Counted from the first letter of the stretch, positions 38,607 through 49,618 are shown. The stretch is DNA of 64,000 bases from an uncultured Gammaproteobacteria bacterium (GCA_964486995.1 CAZAOV010000007.1:699-64698), one strand, 5' to 3'. Translations and numbers: made by a program. The notes: generated by a model not told the origin, from the letters alone.

Positions 38607-39087
38607 AAAAACCTCGTCAAACCTACGAGGTCGGATTCTATGCGAACTGGTTTTTACAGCAAAATGTCGACGCAGAGCGTCGTCTTAGCGCATCAAATCT
38701 GAATTTGCGCTTAATAGCATCGTTTTTTCAGTCGCCTACAGCGACCGTTGCTAGTTGAGACCGACCTTAGTCGGTGCTCGGCTGTTTATACCAAATGGCC
38801 ATCAAAGAGTGACTCGAGTCCGATCTTCCGAATACCAGTATTGTTCAGTAATTATCCCCGGTCTTGAAGTCATCTGCCTTGCCGTCGGCCGTCGCACTAA
38901 ATCCCACCCGTAGGCGGTTATTGATTCGTGGCTTTAGAATATCACATTCATTCGCAGTTGGCAAGATATATATATGTATATGCAGGGCGGTTTGGTAATA
39001 TTTTGGCGCGGAAGTTTGGGAGACGCATTAATGTGCCCCACTAATCGGACGTTCTGAATATATGAAAAGCGGTAGTTTCAGGAATTT

Positions 39088-39816
39088 CTATGTCAGATTG
39101 TCGGTCCAATTGTTTGAATCCAAATCGTCCAGCGATACCGCATTCTTCACCCTTAAATCACCGATTTTAGTCCGGCGTAATTCGGTCAGGTAAGCTCCGC
39201 AACCCAAAGCATGACCGATATCATGCGCCAGCGTGCGGACGTATGTGCCCGAGCCGCAATGCACTTTAAATTGAGCGCGGGAAACCCGGTTTTCTTGAGG
39301 CCAGGTTTCCATCAGCTCCAGAGAGTGAATCGAAATTAGCACGGGCTCGCGCTCTACCTCTTCACCCTTTCGCGCCAACTCGTATAATTTCTTGCCTTTG
39401 ATTTTTTTAGCTGAATACATCGGCGGCACCTGCTTAATCTGTCCGACAAAAGCCTTCATTGCTTTGGCCAGTTGTTCGCGAGAAGGCAGGGTAACATCCG
39501 GCATCTCGGTAATTACCCCGTCCTTGTCTTGAGAATCCGATACCGCGCCAAGTCGCATCATCGCCTCATATTCTTTATCTTTACCGATAAATTCACCCAG
39601 CTGCTTAGTCGCATTACGCCCCACCGCAACCACCAGAAGACCCGTAGCGAACGGATCCAGGGTCCCGCCATGCCCGACTTTCCGAATGCCGGTCGCGCGC
39701 CGCACCGCATCCACCACGTCATGTGAAGTGATGCCAGCAGGCTTATCGATTAACAGAAAACCAGACTCCATAATAATTAACTGCTCATCTTCAATTAGTT
39801 GTCTGAGCCTAAGCAT
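39088..39816 (-). CDS. truB: tRNA pseudouridine(55) synthase TruB
   Basis: LLIDKPAGITSHDVVDAVRR...GHGGTLDPFATGLLVVAVG catalytic-Asp motif. Confidence 0.9.
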   Translation of the reverse strand: MLRLRQLIEDEQLIIMESGFLLIDKPAGITSHDVVDAVRRATGIRKVGHGGTLDPFATGLLVVAVGRNATKQLGEFIGKDKEYEAMMRLGAVSDSQDKDGVITEMPDVTLPSREQLAKAMKAFVGQIKQVPPMYSAKKIKGKKLYELARKGEEVEREPVLISIHSLELMETWPQENRVSRAQFKVHCGSGTYVRTLAHDIGHALGCGAYLTELRRTKIGDLRVKNAVSLDDLDSNNWTDNLT

Positions 39817-40046
39817 ACCCTAAAGTAACTGTCACTATCCACTATAATGTCGTGTTTTAGCTAAAAGCAATGGCAAAGACTGCCTGACTCCGCTCCGCAT
39901 AGACATTCTTTGCGTGGGTTATGTATTGACGTGCTTGCCGAGCCTTGGGGCGCGCGGTGGTTCGGACACGCTGAACGCCGCTATTCGCTTGACTGCTTAT
40001 TATCGAGTTGATAATTTATCTCCTCGGCAGAATTTAGGGGAAGCAA

Positions 40047-40670
40047 ATGGCACAATGCAAAACCTGCTGCAATAAAGGCTATATCGGACTTAAGGCACAT
40101 GAGTGCTTAGGTGGGATGCCGTCGAATGATCGACCGTGTCCGGATTGCTCGGGCTCCGCGTGCGGTGATGCCTCGGACAAATACCGACTGGTGAAGCTGG
40201 GGGGCTATAGGACATCAATCGATCTGCGCACACAGCTCAACCGTGCACATTGCAAAATGAATTTTATGGCTCAGGACGTGTTAGGCAACAATGTTACGGT
40301 TGATATAGCTCCGCGCATCATAGATGTTCATCTGAATTTTCTTTCGTTGGCTGACCTCGGCATGTCCGGTAACTGTAAATACAACAATATCAATGATGTG
40401 ATATTGGCCGGACGCGAAAAGGGATCGCGATTTTTGCCACATGAAGTGGTGCCGCAGTTTCGGCTGAAGCATCGCCAACCTATCCCGTGGCGCTGGCTCA
40501 TTTTCGGCACCCCGACGTTTAGATATAATGGGAATCTCTGCGTGTTCATCATCACGAACAATGCCGAGGGGTACTCCCTGCGGGTGGTACAAGCTAGCTC
40601 GTTCTTGCTGAGTCGATATTCGCCGAACAACCATTCACCGAACGAGGTGATGACGGCATGGCGAAATTAA
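40047..40670 (+). CDS. Cys-rich protein, paralog 1: N-terminal CxxCCxKGYIGLKxHE...DRPCPDCSG zinc-knuckle (DnaJ CR-like CxxCxGxG x2) plus a unique ~165 aa C-terminal domain
   Basis: SD AGGGGAAG. N-terminus MAQCKTCCNKGYIGLKAHECLGGMPSNDRPCPDCSGSACG. No known family recognised. Confidence 0.5.
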   Translation: MAQCKTCCNKGYIGLKAHECLGGMPSNDRPCPDCSGSACGDASDKYRLVKLGGYRTSIDLRTQLNRAHCKMNFMAQDVLGNNVTVDIAPRIIDVHLNFLSLADLGMSGNCKYNNINDVILAGREKGSRFLPHEVVPQFRLKHRQPIPWRWLIFGTPTFRYNGNLCVFIITNNAEGYSLRVVQASSFLLSRYSPNNHSPNEVMTAWRN

Positions 40671-40839
40671 AGCACTAAAACCGCACCCTAGATGTGCGGT
40701 TTTTATATTTCTGGAAACTCCATGGGCTACAGCTGAATCCATGAAGGAGATTATTTAATTCGGTCGCATTGACAGCGGTATAATTTTAGTATAAATTAAC
40801 GAGTTATCCGTTTGTCCTTTTTTTGAGGTGGAGAGTGAA

Positions 40840-41448
40840 ATGTCTGCATGTGAAAGATGTTGTGGTAAGGGCTATATTGGACTGAAGCGGCATGAGACCG
40901 TCTTTGGTCCCCCGACCGACCGGCCATGTCCGGATTGCTCCGGAATCGCTAGCAGTCAAGCGGAGTCATGGTTCCCTCGCTGGAAAACGGTCATAATGTT
41001 TCGGCGATGCGATACCGAACTGCTGTACGATGATCTGGTGCGGTTGACCGGTTGCTACGTTTCGCCCAACGCACGGCGGTGGCTGCAGTCGTTGTCGTTA
41101 ACGCCCTATATGAATTCGATAAATGCGGTTCGGGTGACATCGGCTGAGCTCGGTTTTAACACCCGCTTCGTCACCACCGAAATGATTTACGACCGTGCCC
41201 GAGAGCTGGGGCTGGAGCTGTGCGATGGAGACCTGGCGGCCGAACTGCGGCTCGACTATGATGACCAGCCCACCGGAGAAACACTGCTGATTGCCATGAC
41301 ACCGATGGTTTTGCTCGCTACCGATTCGTTCGTTCTGGCTCTGCGAAACCATTCGGGCGAGCTGCAGCTAAGCTCCGACACGTGTTCGATGTCGTCCGTC
41401 TGGACACTCGATACGGAATGGGTGTTCGTGAAGCCTGGGAATAAGTAA
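40840..41448 (+). CDS. Cys-rich protein, paralog 2: same N-terminal zinc-knuckle module, unrelated C-terminal domain
   Basis: SD GAGGTGGAGAG before the ATG at 40840 (ORF track starts at a GTG at 40828). N-terminus MSACERCCGKGYIGLKRHETVFGPPTDRPCPDCSGIAS. Confidence 0.5.
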   Translation: MSACERCCGKGYIGLKRHETVFGPPTDRPCPDCSGIASSQAESWFPRWKTVIMFRRCDTELLYDDLVRLTGCYVSPNARRWLQSLSLTPYMNSINAVRVTSAELGFNTRFVTTEMIYDRARELGLELCDGDLAAELRLDYDDQPTGETLLIAMTPMVLLATDSFVLALRNHSGELQLSSDTCSMSSVWTLDTEWVFVKPGNK

Positions 41449-41533
41449 CAGTTAATGCTCGCGTAGTTACGCGAGCTTTTTCATTCCCCGAAAATTGACG
41501 TTTTAACGCGCATGCGCTATCATCCGCAGTGCT

Positions 41534-43525
41534 ATGAATATTACCGAGTTAGCTAGAAGAGTCCGCACCAACCCAGACGAGTTGAGGGAAAAACTCCCCC
41601 AGCTCGGCTTTGATATTGGCGCTAAGGCAATCAAGGTGGACGATCGGTTGGTCGGTAAGATCATCTACAAGTGGAACGAGATGAAAAAGCTCGAGCGCTT
41701 GAATGCCAAGTATCGCAAAGAGGAGAAGATTAAGGCTGAGGCGGTGGAGAAGGTTAAGGAGGTGTCTTTGCCGTCTGCGATTACAGTGCGGGATTTCGCC
41801 ACTAGGCTGGGTCTGCCGGTGAATATCGTGATTCAGGAGTTGATGAAAAACGGCATTCTGGCATCGCTCAATCAGCAGATTGATTTTGATACGGCCATGA
41901 TTTTGGCTGAGGATTTAGGATACAACGTGATGCGAGAGGATACAGAGGTTGAAGAAGGTAAGATGACCGCGGAAGAAATGAAAGAACTGCTTAGCGAGGA
42001 AGATGAGGGTAAGTTGGAGCCGCGTCCGCCTGTGGTTGTGGTGATGGGTCATGTTGATCACGGTAAGACTGCGCTTCTGGACGCGATTCGTCGAACTAAT
42101 GTTATTGAAGGCGAGGCCGGTGGTATCACACAGCATGTCGGTGCCTATCAGGCGGAACGCATGGGGCGGCAGATTACGTGTATCGATACTCCGGGACATG
42201 AAGCATTTACCGTCATGCGTTCGCGCGGTGCTCGTGTGGCTGATATCGCGATATTAGTCGTGGCGGCGGACGACGGCGTGCAGCCGCAGACCGACGAGGT
42301 GATTGAAATTATTCGTGCAGCCAAACTGCCATTTATCGTGGCGGTCAATAAGATAGACAAACCAGAGGCCGACGTACAGAAAACTTTGACTCAACTGTCC
42401 GAGCGCAAGATTATTCCAGAGGCTTGGGGTGGAGATGTTGTAGTGGCGGAGATTTCAGCCAAGCACAATCAGGGCATTGATGAGTTGCTGGAAATGGTAT
42501 TGCTGGTGGCTGACATGAATAAAGACAAGATTTCCGCCAATCCCAACCGTAACGCCATAGGTACGGTAATCGAATCGCATGTCGATAAGGGCGAAGGTCC
42601 GGTAGCGACTGTTTTGGTACAGTCCGGCACGCTCAAGACCAACCAGAAGCTCTGCATGAACAACGAAATGTACGGCAGTGTGCGTGCCATGAAGAACTGG
42701 AAGGGTGAAGCGGTTAAAGAGGCCCCTCCTGGAACTCCAGTTAGGATTCTCGGTTTTAAAGTCGCTCCATCGGTTGGTGACATAGTTCAGGTTCCGAGCA
42801 GGAGCTGTGACATAAAGAAGGTCAAGAAACAATATGCCATGGAACGTCGCGGTACGGTATCGCAGAGTTCGGGCACAGAGGAAGAGGAAGTTGAAGGCAT
42901 CAAGAAGCTCAATGTCGTGCTCCGTGCCGATGTGTTGGGCTCACTCGAAGCTATCGCCGGTTCGCTCGAAAAGATGCGCACTCCGGAAGTGATGGTTGAG
43001 ATTGTCTCGCGTGGTTTAGGAAACGTAACCGAATCTGATGTCGTGCAGGCTGAAGCGACCGATGCGGTGGTACTGGCATTTAACGTTCATCCGACAAAAG
43101 AAGCCAATGCATCGGCACGGGACAAAAACGTGGAAGTCGTGGAAGAGAAAGTCATTTACCACATGTTTGATAACATCAAGGAGCGGTTGCAGGCAATGTT
43201 TCCGCCCGAAATTATTCGCACTGATGTTGGTAAGGCCGATATTTTGAAGGTTTTTCGCGCAGATAAAGCCGGTCAGATTGTTGGCGCGCGCATAACAGAG
43301 GGGTACGTCAACGTTGGCATAAATGTGGTATTATACCGAGGCGAGCAGCCAATTGATGAGGGTAAGGTAGTCATGCTGCAATCTGGCAAAAACGAAGTAA
43401 AAGAGTGCAAGCAAGGACAGGAGTTCGGTATCAAGATTACGTGCAAGACCACTGTTTTGGCCGGCGACCGCATGGAGTTCTTTACGGAGGAAAGGAAAGA
43501 AAGAAAGCTGCGACTGCCGAGTTAA
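41534..43525 (+). CDS. infB: Translation initiation factor IF-2
   Basis: G-domain [19 protein letters not shown]...DTPGHEAF...NKID, and a C-terminal beta-barrel domain. Confidence 0.95.
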   Translation: MNITELARRVRTNPDELREKLPQLGFDIGAKAIKVDDRLVGKIIYKWNEMKKLERLNAKYRKEEKIKAEAVEKVKEVSLPSAITVRDFATRLGLPVNIVIQELMKNGILASLNQQIDFDTAMILAEDLGYNVMREDTEVEEGKMTAEEMKELLSEEDEGKLEPRPPVVVVMGHVDHGKTALLDAIRRTNVIEGEAGGITQHVGAYQAERMGRQITCIDTPGHEAFTVMRSRGARVADIAILVVAADDGVQPQTDEVIEIIRAAKLPFIVAVNKIDKPEADVQKTLTQLSERKIIPEAWGGDVVVAEISAKHNQGIDELLEMVLLVADMNKDKISANPNRNAIGTVIESHVDKGEGPVATVLVQSGTLKTNQKLCMNNEMYGSVRAMKNWKGEAVKEAPPGTPVRILGFKVAPSVGDIVQVPSRSCDIKKVKKQYAMERRGTVSQSSGTEEEEVEGIKKLNVVLRADVLGSLEAIAGSLEKMRTPEVMVEIVSRGLGNVTESDVVQAEATDAVVLAFNVHPTKEANASARDKNVEVVEEKVIYHMFDNIKERLQAMFPPEIIRTDVGKADILKVFRADKAGQIVGARITEGYVNVGINVVLYRGEQPIDEGKVVMLQSGKNEVKECKQGQEFGIKITCKTTVLAGDRMEFFTEERKERKLRLPS

Positions 43526-43823
43526 TCATATTCAGTTCCACGCCATCCGGCGCGGGTCGCGGCAGCATATCAAGGGGAGGGGAGACAAGAGTCTATCTGC
43601 AACCCAAAATTTATTGGAAGATTTATTTTTTGTTTGATATCGCCTTATCTGTTGTCGGGGCAGATTGCCACCCCTTTCGACAGTTTCAGCAATTTCACAT
43701 AAATAGAGCTTTTCTGATAAATGTTGGGTCACAAACGGACTCTTAGTAAGTGGTAAGACCACGGTTTCAGGATTCGTTAGGATCGCGAAGTCCGGCTTTA
43801 TCACTTTTTGTATCGCTAAATAT

Positions 43824-44150
43824 ATGGCTATCACATTCACCGCCGAAAATTTTAAAAAAGAGGTTCTTGAATCTGAAGGTCCGGTCTTGGTCGATTTTTG
43901 GGCACCGTGGTGTGGTCCGTGCCGAATGATGAGTCCGATTATCGATGAGCTCGCAGAGGAATTCAAGGATAGGGGTGTGACAATCGGTAAGCTTAACGTG
44001 GACGAGGGTCAAGCCGTGGCTTCTCAGTTCGACATAATGAGCATTCCTACTTTAATCCTGTTTAATAACGGCGCTGCCGTTGAACAGATGGTCGGCATGC
44101 AGTCCAAGGATGCCCTAAAAGCCAAGCTTACAAAACTTATAGAAGCTTAG
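43824..44150 (+). CDS. trxA: Thioredoxin
   Basis: WAPWCGPCRMMSPI active site; 108 aa. Confidence 0.9.
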   Translation: MAITFTAENFKKEVLESEGPVLVDFWAPWCGPCRMMSPIIDELAEEFKDRGVTIGKLNVDEGQAVASQFDIMSIPTLILFNNGAAVEQMVGMQSKDALKAKLTKLIEA

Positions 44151-44154
44151 TCAT

Positions 44155-45081
44155 ATGCGAAAGGTAATCATTATTGGCTCAGGTTGCGCCGGGTATCCAG
44201 CGGCCATTTATACTGCCCGAGCTGGTCTTGAGCCTCTGGTATTGACCGGTGAAAGAATTGGCGGCTGGTTGGCCACATCCAATGAAGTCGAAAATTACCC
44301 CGGCTTTCCAGAAGATAACATAGACGGCCCGACCATCATGGAAAAAATGAAGGAGCAGGCCGAAAAGTTTGGTGCCGAGGTGCGAATTGACCGAGTTGCC
44401 GAGGTGGACTTGTCGTCCCGGCCGTTTAAAATTACGGTCGGTGATGAGGTGCTGGAAACAGAATCCCTTATAGTCTCTACCGGCACGTCAGCCCGCCGCT
44501 TGGGTGTTTCGGGTGAGGACCGGCTTTGGTCCAGGGGTGTGCATGTCTGCGCCACCTGCGATGCGCCTTTTTACCGGGATAAGGATATTGTGGTTGTTGG
44601 CGGAGGTGATACGGCCATGGAGGAGGCCCTATTCCTGTCAAAGTTCGCCCGAAGGATTCGTATTTTGGCGCGCAATAATGAAGGAGGGCTGAAAGCGTCT
44701 AAACCTTTATTGGATCGGGCAATCAAAGAAGAAAAAATTGATATTCTCTACAATACAGAAGTGACTGAAATTCTAGGCGAGAACAAGATTTCCGGTATAA
44801 AATTGATTAACAATAAGACAAATGAGGAACGGGAAGAAAAGATTGAAGGTCTTTTTTTGGCGGCTGGTCACATACCGAATACCGATATTTTCAAAGGCAA
44901 GCTCGATTTGAATGAGCAGGGATATATTTTAACCGAGCCGGACTCTACCAAAACTAGCGTGGAGGGTGTATTTGCTGCCGGTGACGTGATGGACTGGCGA
45001 TATCGACAAGCCGTAACCGCCGCTGGGTTTGGCTGTATGGCGGCACTAGAGGCGCAACGATATTTAGAAGAAAAAGAATAG
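44155..45081 (+). CDS. trxB: Thioredoxin-disulfide reductase
   Basis: GSGCAGYPAAIY FAD motif, redox-active CATCD, NADPH motif GGGDTAMEEA. Confidence 0.9.
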   Translation: MRKVIIIGSGCAGYPAAIYTARAGLEPLVLTGERIGGWLATSNEVENYPGFPEDNIDGPTIMEKMKEQAEKFGAEVRIDRVAEVDLSSRPFKITVGDEVLETESLIVSTGTSARRLGVSGEDRLWSRGVHVCATCDAPFYRDKDIVVVGGGDTAMEEALFLSKFARRIRILARNNEGGLKASKPLLDRAIKEEKIDILYNTEVTEILGENKISGIKLINNKTNEEREEKIEGLFLAAGHIPNTDIFKGKLDLNEQGYILTEPDSTKTSVEGVFAAGDVMDWRYRQAVTAAGFGCMAALEAQRYLEEKE

Positions 45082-45187
45082 ACAAGGCAAAAATATAAAA
45101 AACAGGCATACCGTTCCGGCATTATCATTTGATTATTACGCCCCTAATGCGGGGCGTTTTAAGTTGCAGTCGCGGCGGAAAGGTGTA

Positions 45188-46456
45188 ATGTTTAGAAACT
45201 ACAGAATTAATCGATATCTTATGTCAGTTTTTCAAAACGCATTGAAGCAGTTAGAGGTGGCAGCCGCAGTGGCGGCGCCGGATGGGGCGACCGTGGAGGC
45301 GTTGCGTCAACCCAAGAGATTGTTCGAGGTGTCGTTTCCGGTTCGTATGGACGATGGTTCGACGCGTATTTTTACCGGGTATCGCGTGCAACATGATGAT
45401 TCGCGCGGGCCGTTTAAGGGAGGGATCCGTTTTCATTCGCAGACCGATCTCGACGAAGTGAAAGCTCTCGCATTCTGGATGGCGATTAAATGCGCGGTGG
45501 TTGGTGTGCCATTTGGCGGGGCAAAAGGCGGTGTAACCGTTGACCCGAAGCATCTTTCGGAAGGGGAGTTGGAGCGGTTGTCGCGTGGGTACTTCCGAGC
45601 AATTGCGCCGTTCATTGGGCTGGACGTGGATGTACCGGCACCGGACGTAAACACTAATCCGAAGACCATGGCGTGGTTCATGGATGAATATGCACGATTT
45701 GTCGGGAAGCAGGTGCCGGGTATTGTGACCGGCAAGCCACTTGCAGTCGGTGGTTCGCGCGGGCGCATGTCTGCGACCGGCCAGGGCGGCCTGTTCGTTC
45801 TGGATGAACACTTGAAGAAAGAGGATCGCAAGGCGGCGACCACCTCGGTGACCATTCAGGGATTCGGCAACGCCGGTCAGCACTTCGCGCGGCTCGCGTC
45901 TGAGAGGGGATACAAGATAGTGGCGGTATCTGATTCGCGGGGGGCGATAGTGAACACCGACGGGCTCGACGTGCAGGCGCTTATCGAACACAAGCATAAG
46001 AGCGGTGGTGTGGCTGGTTTCGCCGGCGGTCAGCAGGCCGAACCGGCGCGAATTCTGGAGACCGAGTGCGACGTGATTGTACCGGCTGCGCTCGAGAATC
46101 AGCTCACCGTTGATAACGCCTCGAAGATTCAGGCGACCATTGTGCTGGAGCTCGCCAACGGTCCGACCACGCCGGAAGCGGATACGATTTTCGCCGAGCG
46201 CGGTGTGGTGGTGATTCCGGACGTGCTGGCGAACGCCGGCGGTGTGGCGGTGTCGTATTTCGAGTGGGTGCAGAATCGCGAAGGTCATTATTGGTCCTAC
46301 GGTGACGTGCATGCACAGTTGGAGAAGCGTATGACCGAGGCATATGCCGATGTGCGTGGTGAGGTAGATGCACTTGGTGTCACTTTGCGCCAAGCAGCGT
46401 TTATAATGGCGATCAGACGGATTGCTGAGGCCAAGGAAGCACGGGGTTGGCAATAG
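45188..46456 (+). CDS. gdhA: Glutamate dehydrogenase (Glu/Leu/Phe/Val dehydrogenase family)
   Basis: KGGIRFH...VPFGGAKGG catalytic-lysine region, Rossmann GFGNAGQ. Start chosen at MFRNY, which has an SD-like GGAAAGGTG upstream; the ORF track starts at 45164 and 45221 is an alternative. Confidence 0.85.
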   Translation: MFRNYRINRYLMSVFQNALKQLEVAAAVAAPDGATVEALRQPKRLFEVSFPVRMDDGSTRIFTGYRVQHDDSRGPFKGGIRFHSQTDLDEVKALAFWMAIKCAVVGVPFGGAKGGVTVDPKHLSEGELERLSRGYFRAIAPFIGLDVDVPAPDVNTNPKTMAWFMDEYARFVGKQVPGIVTGKPLAVGGSRGRMSATGQGGLFVLDEHLKKEDRKAATTSVTIQGFGNAGQHFARLASERGYKIVAVSDSRGAIVNTDGLDVQALIEHKHKSGGVAGFAGGQQAEPARILETECDVIVPAALENQLTVDNASKIQATIVLELANGPTTPEADTIFAERGVVVIPDVLANAGGVAVSYFEWVQNREGHYWSYGDVHAQLEKRMTEAYADVRGEVDALGVTLRQAAFIMAIRRIAEAKEARGWQ

Positions 46457-46513
46457 GGAAATTAAAAAGACCTTCTGATGGGGGTCTTTTTTTTGTTTGG
46501 TTGTGTTTGTTAG

Positions 46514-46554
46514 CACTGCCTGTCTGTACTTGAGAAAGTACAGACAGGCAGTGC
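46514..46554. repeat. Hairpin family 2, copy 1: perfect 18 bp stem GCACTGCCTGTCTGTACT-TGAGAA-AGTACAGACAGGCAGTGC
   Basis: Shares the core GCCTGTCT(G/A)TACTT with the 60428..60471 hairpin and, in degenerate form, with 53451..53485. Confidence 0.6.
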
Positions 46555-46637
46555 GAAACTTGTTGTTTTATTCCGAAGACGTTAGTTGTCAAGGTTAAAT
46601 AATAAAAATACACCAGCATTACGCTAGTGTTTTTTTG

Positions 46638-47060
46638 TTACGCGTTGATTTCGGCTTTCAGACCGGCTTCGGTCATTAGACGATGCAGCTCGATGGACGC
46701 ATCTGTGACAGATTTCTCCTGGTTTTGTCGCCGCATTTCTGGGTTGGTGACGACCAGAAAATGCGAATCGACACCAGCTTTCCAGAGGAAACACAGAGTG
46801 TGCCAGCACTGCTCGTCGGAGAAAGTGACGGTGGCGAAACTACCTGGCCCGAATTTTACCTCGTAGTTCTTGTGGTTCGTTCCGAAGCCCTCGCACTGAA
46901 TTCGCAGCGTGTCCCCGGTTGCTTCAGCCGCAATGATTTCGCATTGCCAGCGAGGCATATCCATGAACATCCGCTGAACGGTCCAGCCCTTGTTTCGGAG
47001 CAGGGCTGCGAGTTCCATCGCCAGATCCGCCTCTAGTTCATGTGTGATTTCTCTGGGCAT
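46638..47060 (-). CDS. Hypothetical protein
   Basis: 140 aa ORF with SD AGGAGA; no recognisable domain. Confidence 0.4.
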   Translation of the reverse strand: MPREITHELEADLAMELAALLRNKGWTVQRMFMDMPRWQCEIIAAEATGDTLRIQCEGFGTNHKNYEVKFGPGSFATVTFSDEQCWHTLCFLWKAGVDSHFLVVTNPEMRRQNQEKSVTDASIELHRLMTEAGLKAEINA

Positions 47061-47263
47061 GATTATCTCCTGTGGTTGTAGTCGTGTCGCCCAAATGATT
47101 TGCTAGATTAGCATGCCAGCACAGACGAGTCAAGCATGGCAAATGTGGCGGAAACTCGAGGGGCAGGCTCTGCAGTCATACTTATATTTAGCCGCAATGA
47201 AGACAAAAAGACCTCAATAAATTGAGGTCTGGCTTGCTTCCGGTATGCGGGGGCGATGCGTCA

Positions 47264-48166
47264 TCATCTAGACCGTCGGGTACGACGGCGTGGCGGGGGG
47301 TTCCAGGTATAGCGCGGATGCGGACTAAGTGGCATCACCACACCGAATCGGCTCATTAACAGCCATTCATGCTTGTCGATGCCGAGCGGAGCGGCGGCGA
47401 TTCGCGCCTCCAGTCGGAATCCAGCGCCCAGTTCCACATCCAAACCCAAGGTAAAGAAAACCGTCCGTATCGTGAGGTCGTATTCAGAACTGGGCATAGC
47501 ATCGGCGAGCCGGAGCAAAGCTTCAATGCCCGGATCGGTAATTCCGATATGCAGTGCGCGTGGCAGGTGCACGTAGCGAAGCGACATCAACGGTCTCCAG
47601 CGACCCAACAACCCGCGTAACGTGAGACCAACATCGACACGATGCCACTCGTCCGTTAGGTTAACCGCCGCATTGGCCTCGTCGAGGGGAATGCCGATAT
47701 CAGCCGCAATACCGTCAAATTGGAGCGAGGCGATTTCCGGCTCGTCCGAACCGAACGGCAGTGTGACTTCGGCATAAATCGAAAAGTCTAAATAGCGCCG
47801 TTTCAGCAGCAGCACCGTAGTTCGCGCTTCAAAATATCCTCGCCACGGCATCTCAATCGTCGCGTAGAACTGCGCGTCGCGCGGCGTGAACAAATCCATG
47901 GTGGTGCGTGACAGCCCGAGCCCCATATCGATGGTGAGCCTAGAGCGCACCGACAACCGCAGCAACCACGATAGTCGCAGCTGCGTCAGGTCGATGTCGT
48001 CCGAGCCACCCAGAGTCAAATCAACTTCTTCGAGTAGCCACAGGTGCGGGCGCTGGCCCCACTCCTGAACGATTTCCGGCGTATCCGAGTCGGATGCTTC
48101 CTGAGCTTGTGCCGCACCCGCGCTCATTAATATGGTCGCCAGACTTACAGCGGCCAAACAACGCAT
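47264..48166 (-). CDS. Secreted hypothetical protein, paralog 1 of a tandem pair (signal peptide, beta-rich, possible barrel)
   Basis: SD AGGAGG. Signal peptide MRCLAAVSLATILMSAGAAQA. Shares WRG, (V/L)T(V/L)RG(F/L)(I/L)GRWRP(F/L) and YVH(M/L)P motifs with 48311..49221. Minus-strand terminator at 47202..47226. Confidence 0.55.
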   Translation of the reverse strand: MRCLAAVSLATILMSAGAAQAQEASDSDTPEIVQEWGQRPHLWLLEEVDLTLGGSDDIDLTQLRLSWLLRLSVRSRLTIDMGLGLSRTTMDLFTPRDAQFYATIEMPWRGYFEARTTVLLLKRRYLDFSIYAEVTLPFGSDEPEIASLQFDGIAADIGIPLDEANAAVNLTDEWHRVDVGLTLRGLLGRWRPLMSLRYVHLPRALHIGITDPGIEALLRLADAMPSSEYDLTIRTVFFTLGLDVELGAGFRLEARIAAAPLGIDKHEWLLMSRFGVVMPLSPHPRYTWNPPPRRRTRRSR

Positions 48167-48310
48167 AGTTCCTCCTGCTGAAAGAGCAAATTAACTTATC
48201 AATTTAGTCGGGCAGAGTCAATGAGGGGGGGTTGCAAGTTGCAGGTCACGGGTGCTTTTTCTTGTTTTTTAGTTTAAAAAAGCCGCTGACAAAAATCGGC
48301 GGCTGTTGTT

Positions 48311-49221
48311 TTACCTGCGGCCAATCTCCGGCGGGTCAATCCAGTTGTGGCGTGCCTGTGCGGTGAGCGGGATTTCGAGTACCATTCGGCCGACGAACAC
48401 CCATCCGCCATCGAGAGTTGGTGTGGCAGCCACGCGGAGTTCGATTTCGAAACCGTAGCCCAGTTCCACCTCGAAACCGATGGCGTAGTACGGATACATG
48501 AAGCTGGCATCAAACGAGCCGTTGAGTTCCGGCGCGAGCAAATCCACGAAAGACTGCAGGGTGGGGTCGAGGTTCAGCTCCAGGCGTCCGGGCATATGCA
48601 CGTACTTAATGTCGATGAATGGTCGCCAGCGACCGATGAAGCCGCGAACGGTCACACCGAATTCGGCACGATACCAACGATGGCGGACATCTACCCAGCT
48701 GCGGATGTCCTCGATGTCCATCAGACCGAGCAGTGACATCTCGTCGAAGAACTCAGCTGACTGCAGATTGGCCTCGCCGCTGCCAATCGGGAAATAAATT
48801 TCGCTGAACAGCGAAATGTCCCAATGCGGCCAGCGATACAGCACCATGCGCGCGCCACCTCCGACAATACCGCGCCACGGCACCTCGAGTTCGGCGTTTA
48901 GCGCCGCGCCTTCAGGCTCGAACAGGTGAATCTCATGGTGAATTACACCCAAAGCGAGATCGATGGTCAGACGATCGAAGAATGTGGCCCGCAATCGACC
49001 GGTCAAACCGATGTCGTAATAGTTGCAGTTTGCGTCCTCGCTCATGGTGGAATCTAACTGCAGCGCCATCGAAAGATTGAGTCGCTGTGCGCGCCAGTCC
49101 TCATCGGTATCGCCGCACGCAGTTGATTCGACTACGCAATCTATGGTGTCAGCATCTTCGGCCAGCGCTGAACCGGCCTGCAGAAAAACGAAAATTGCAC
49201 CCAGGATCGCAAGACGGTGCA
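48311..49221 (-). CDS. Secreted hypothetical protein, paralog 2 of the tandem pair
   Basis: SD AAGGAGG before MHRLAILGAIFVFLQAGSALA. ORF track extends to 49267. Minus-strand terminator AGCCGCCGATTTTTGTCAGCGGCT-T6 at ~48262..48292. Confidence 0.55.
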
Positions 49222-49618
49222 TTTGCGAACCTCCTTTATAAGGCCAATTCGCACCAACGAACCCCAATGCTACCTAACTTGATGTTTCAAAGGGCGTCAA
49301 GTGCTAAGGGATAAAGACGACATTCTGGACCGGCTGCACCACGCAGGCTGTTTCAGGTGGTCGCATATTAAATAGCGAAGCTGTGGCTTTCCTGCCGGTA
49401 CGCGGGCTGCGTTTACGTCAGGCAGGAACTTGGTGTCGCAACCGAACCGTGAATTTTGGGAGGGGTGGAACTGTAAAGAGTCAGCCTGAAGTTACTCATA
49501 AGTTTCATAAATGCATGAAGGACATTTAATGCAGGCTCCGCCTTTTAGACCAATTTAACAAACACTCTTCAAAATACCTCACCTAATCGTTATAATTGAA
49601 TCGTAATTAAGCCAGTTT

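Noticed and set aside
43526-43823. Possible RNase P RNA, SRP RNA or tmRNA in the 300 bp infB-trxA spacer (and in the 56007..56465 spacer)
   Set aside because: Only a weak GAAGTCCGG match is present. There is no P4, GGAAAGUCCGG...ACAGAA-type or SRP GGAAGCAGCCA conservation and no tmRNA-like ends, so these cannot be supported from sequence alone.
45251-46516. 421-aa ORF antisense to gdh
   Set aside because: It lies entirely opposite a confidently identified glutamate dehydrogenase. The product is R/H/P-rich and low-complexity, as is typical of a GC-rich shadow frame.
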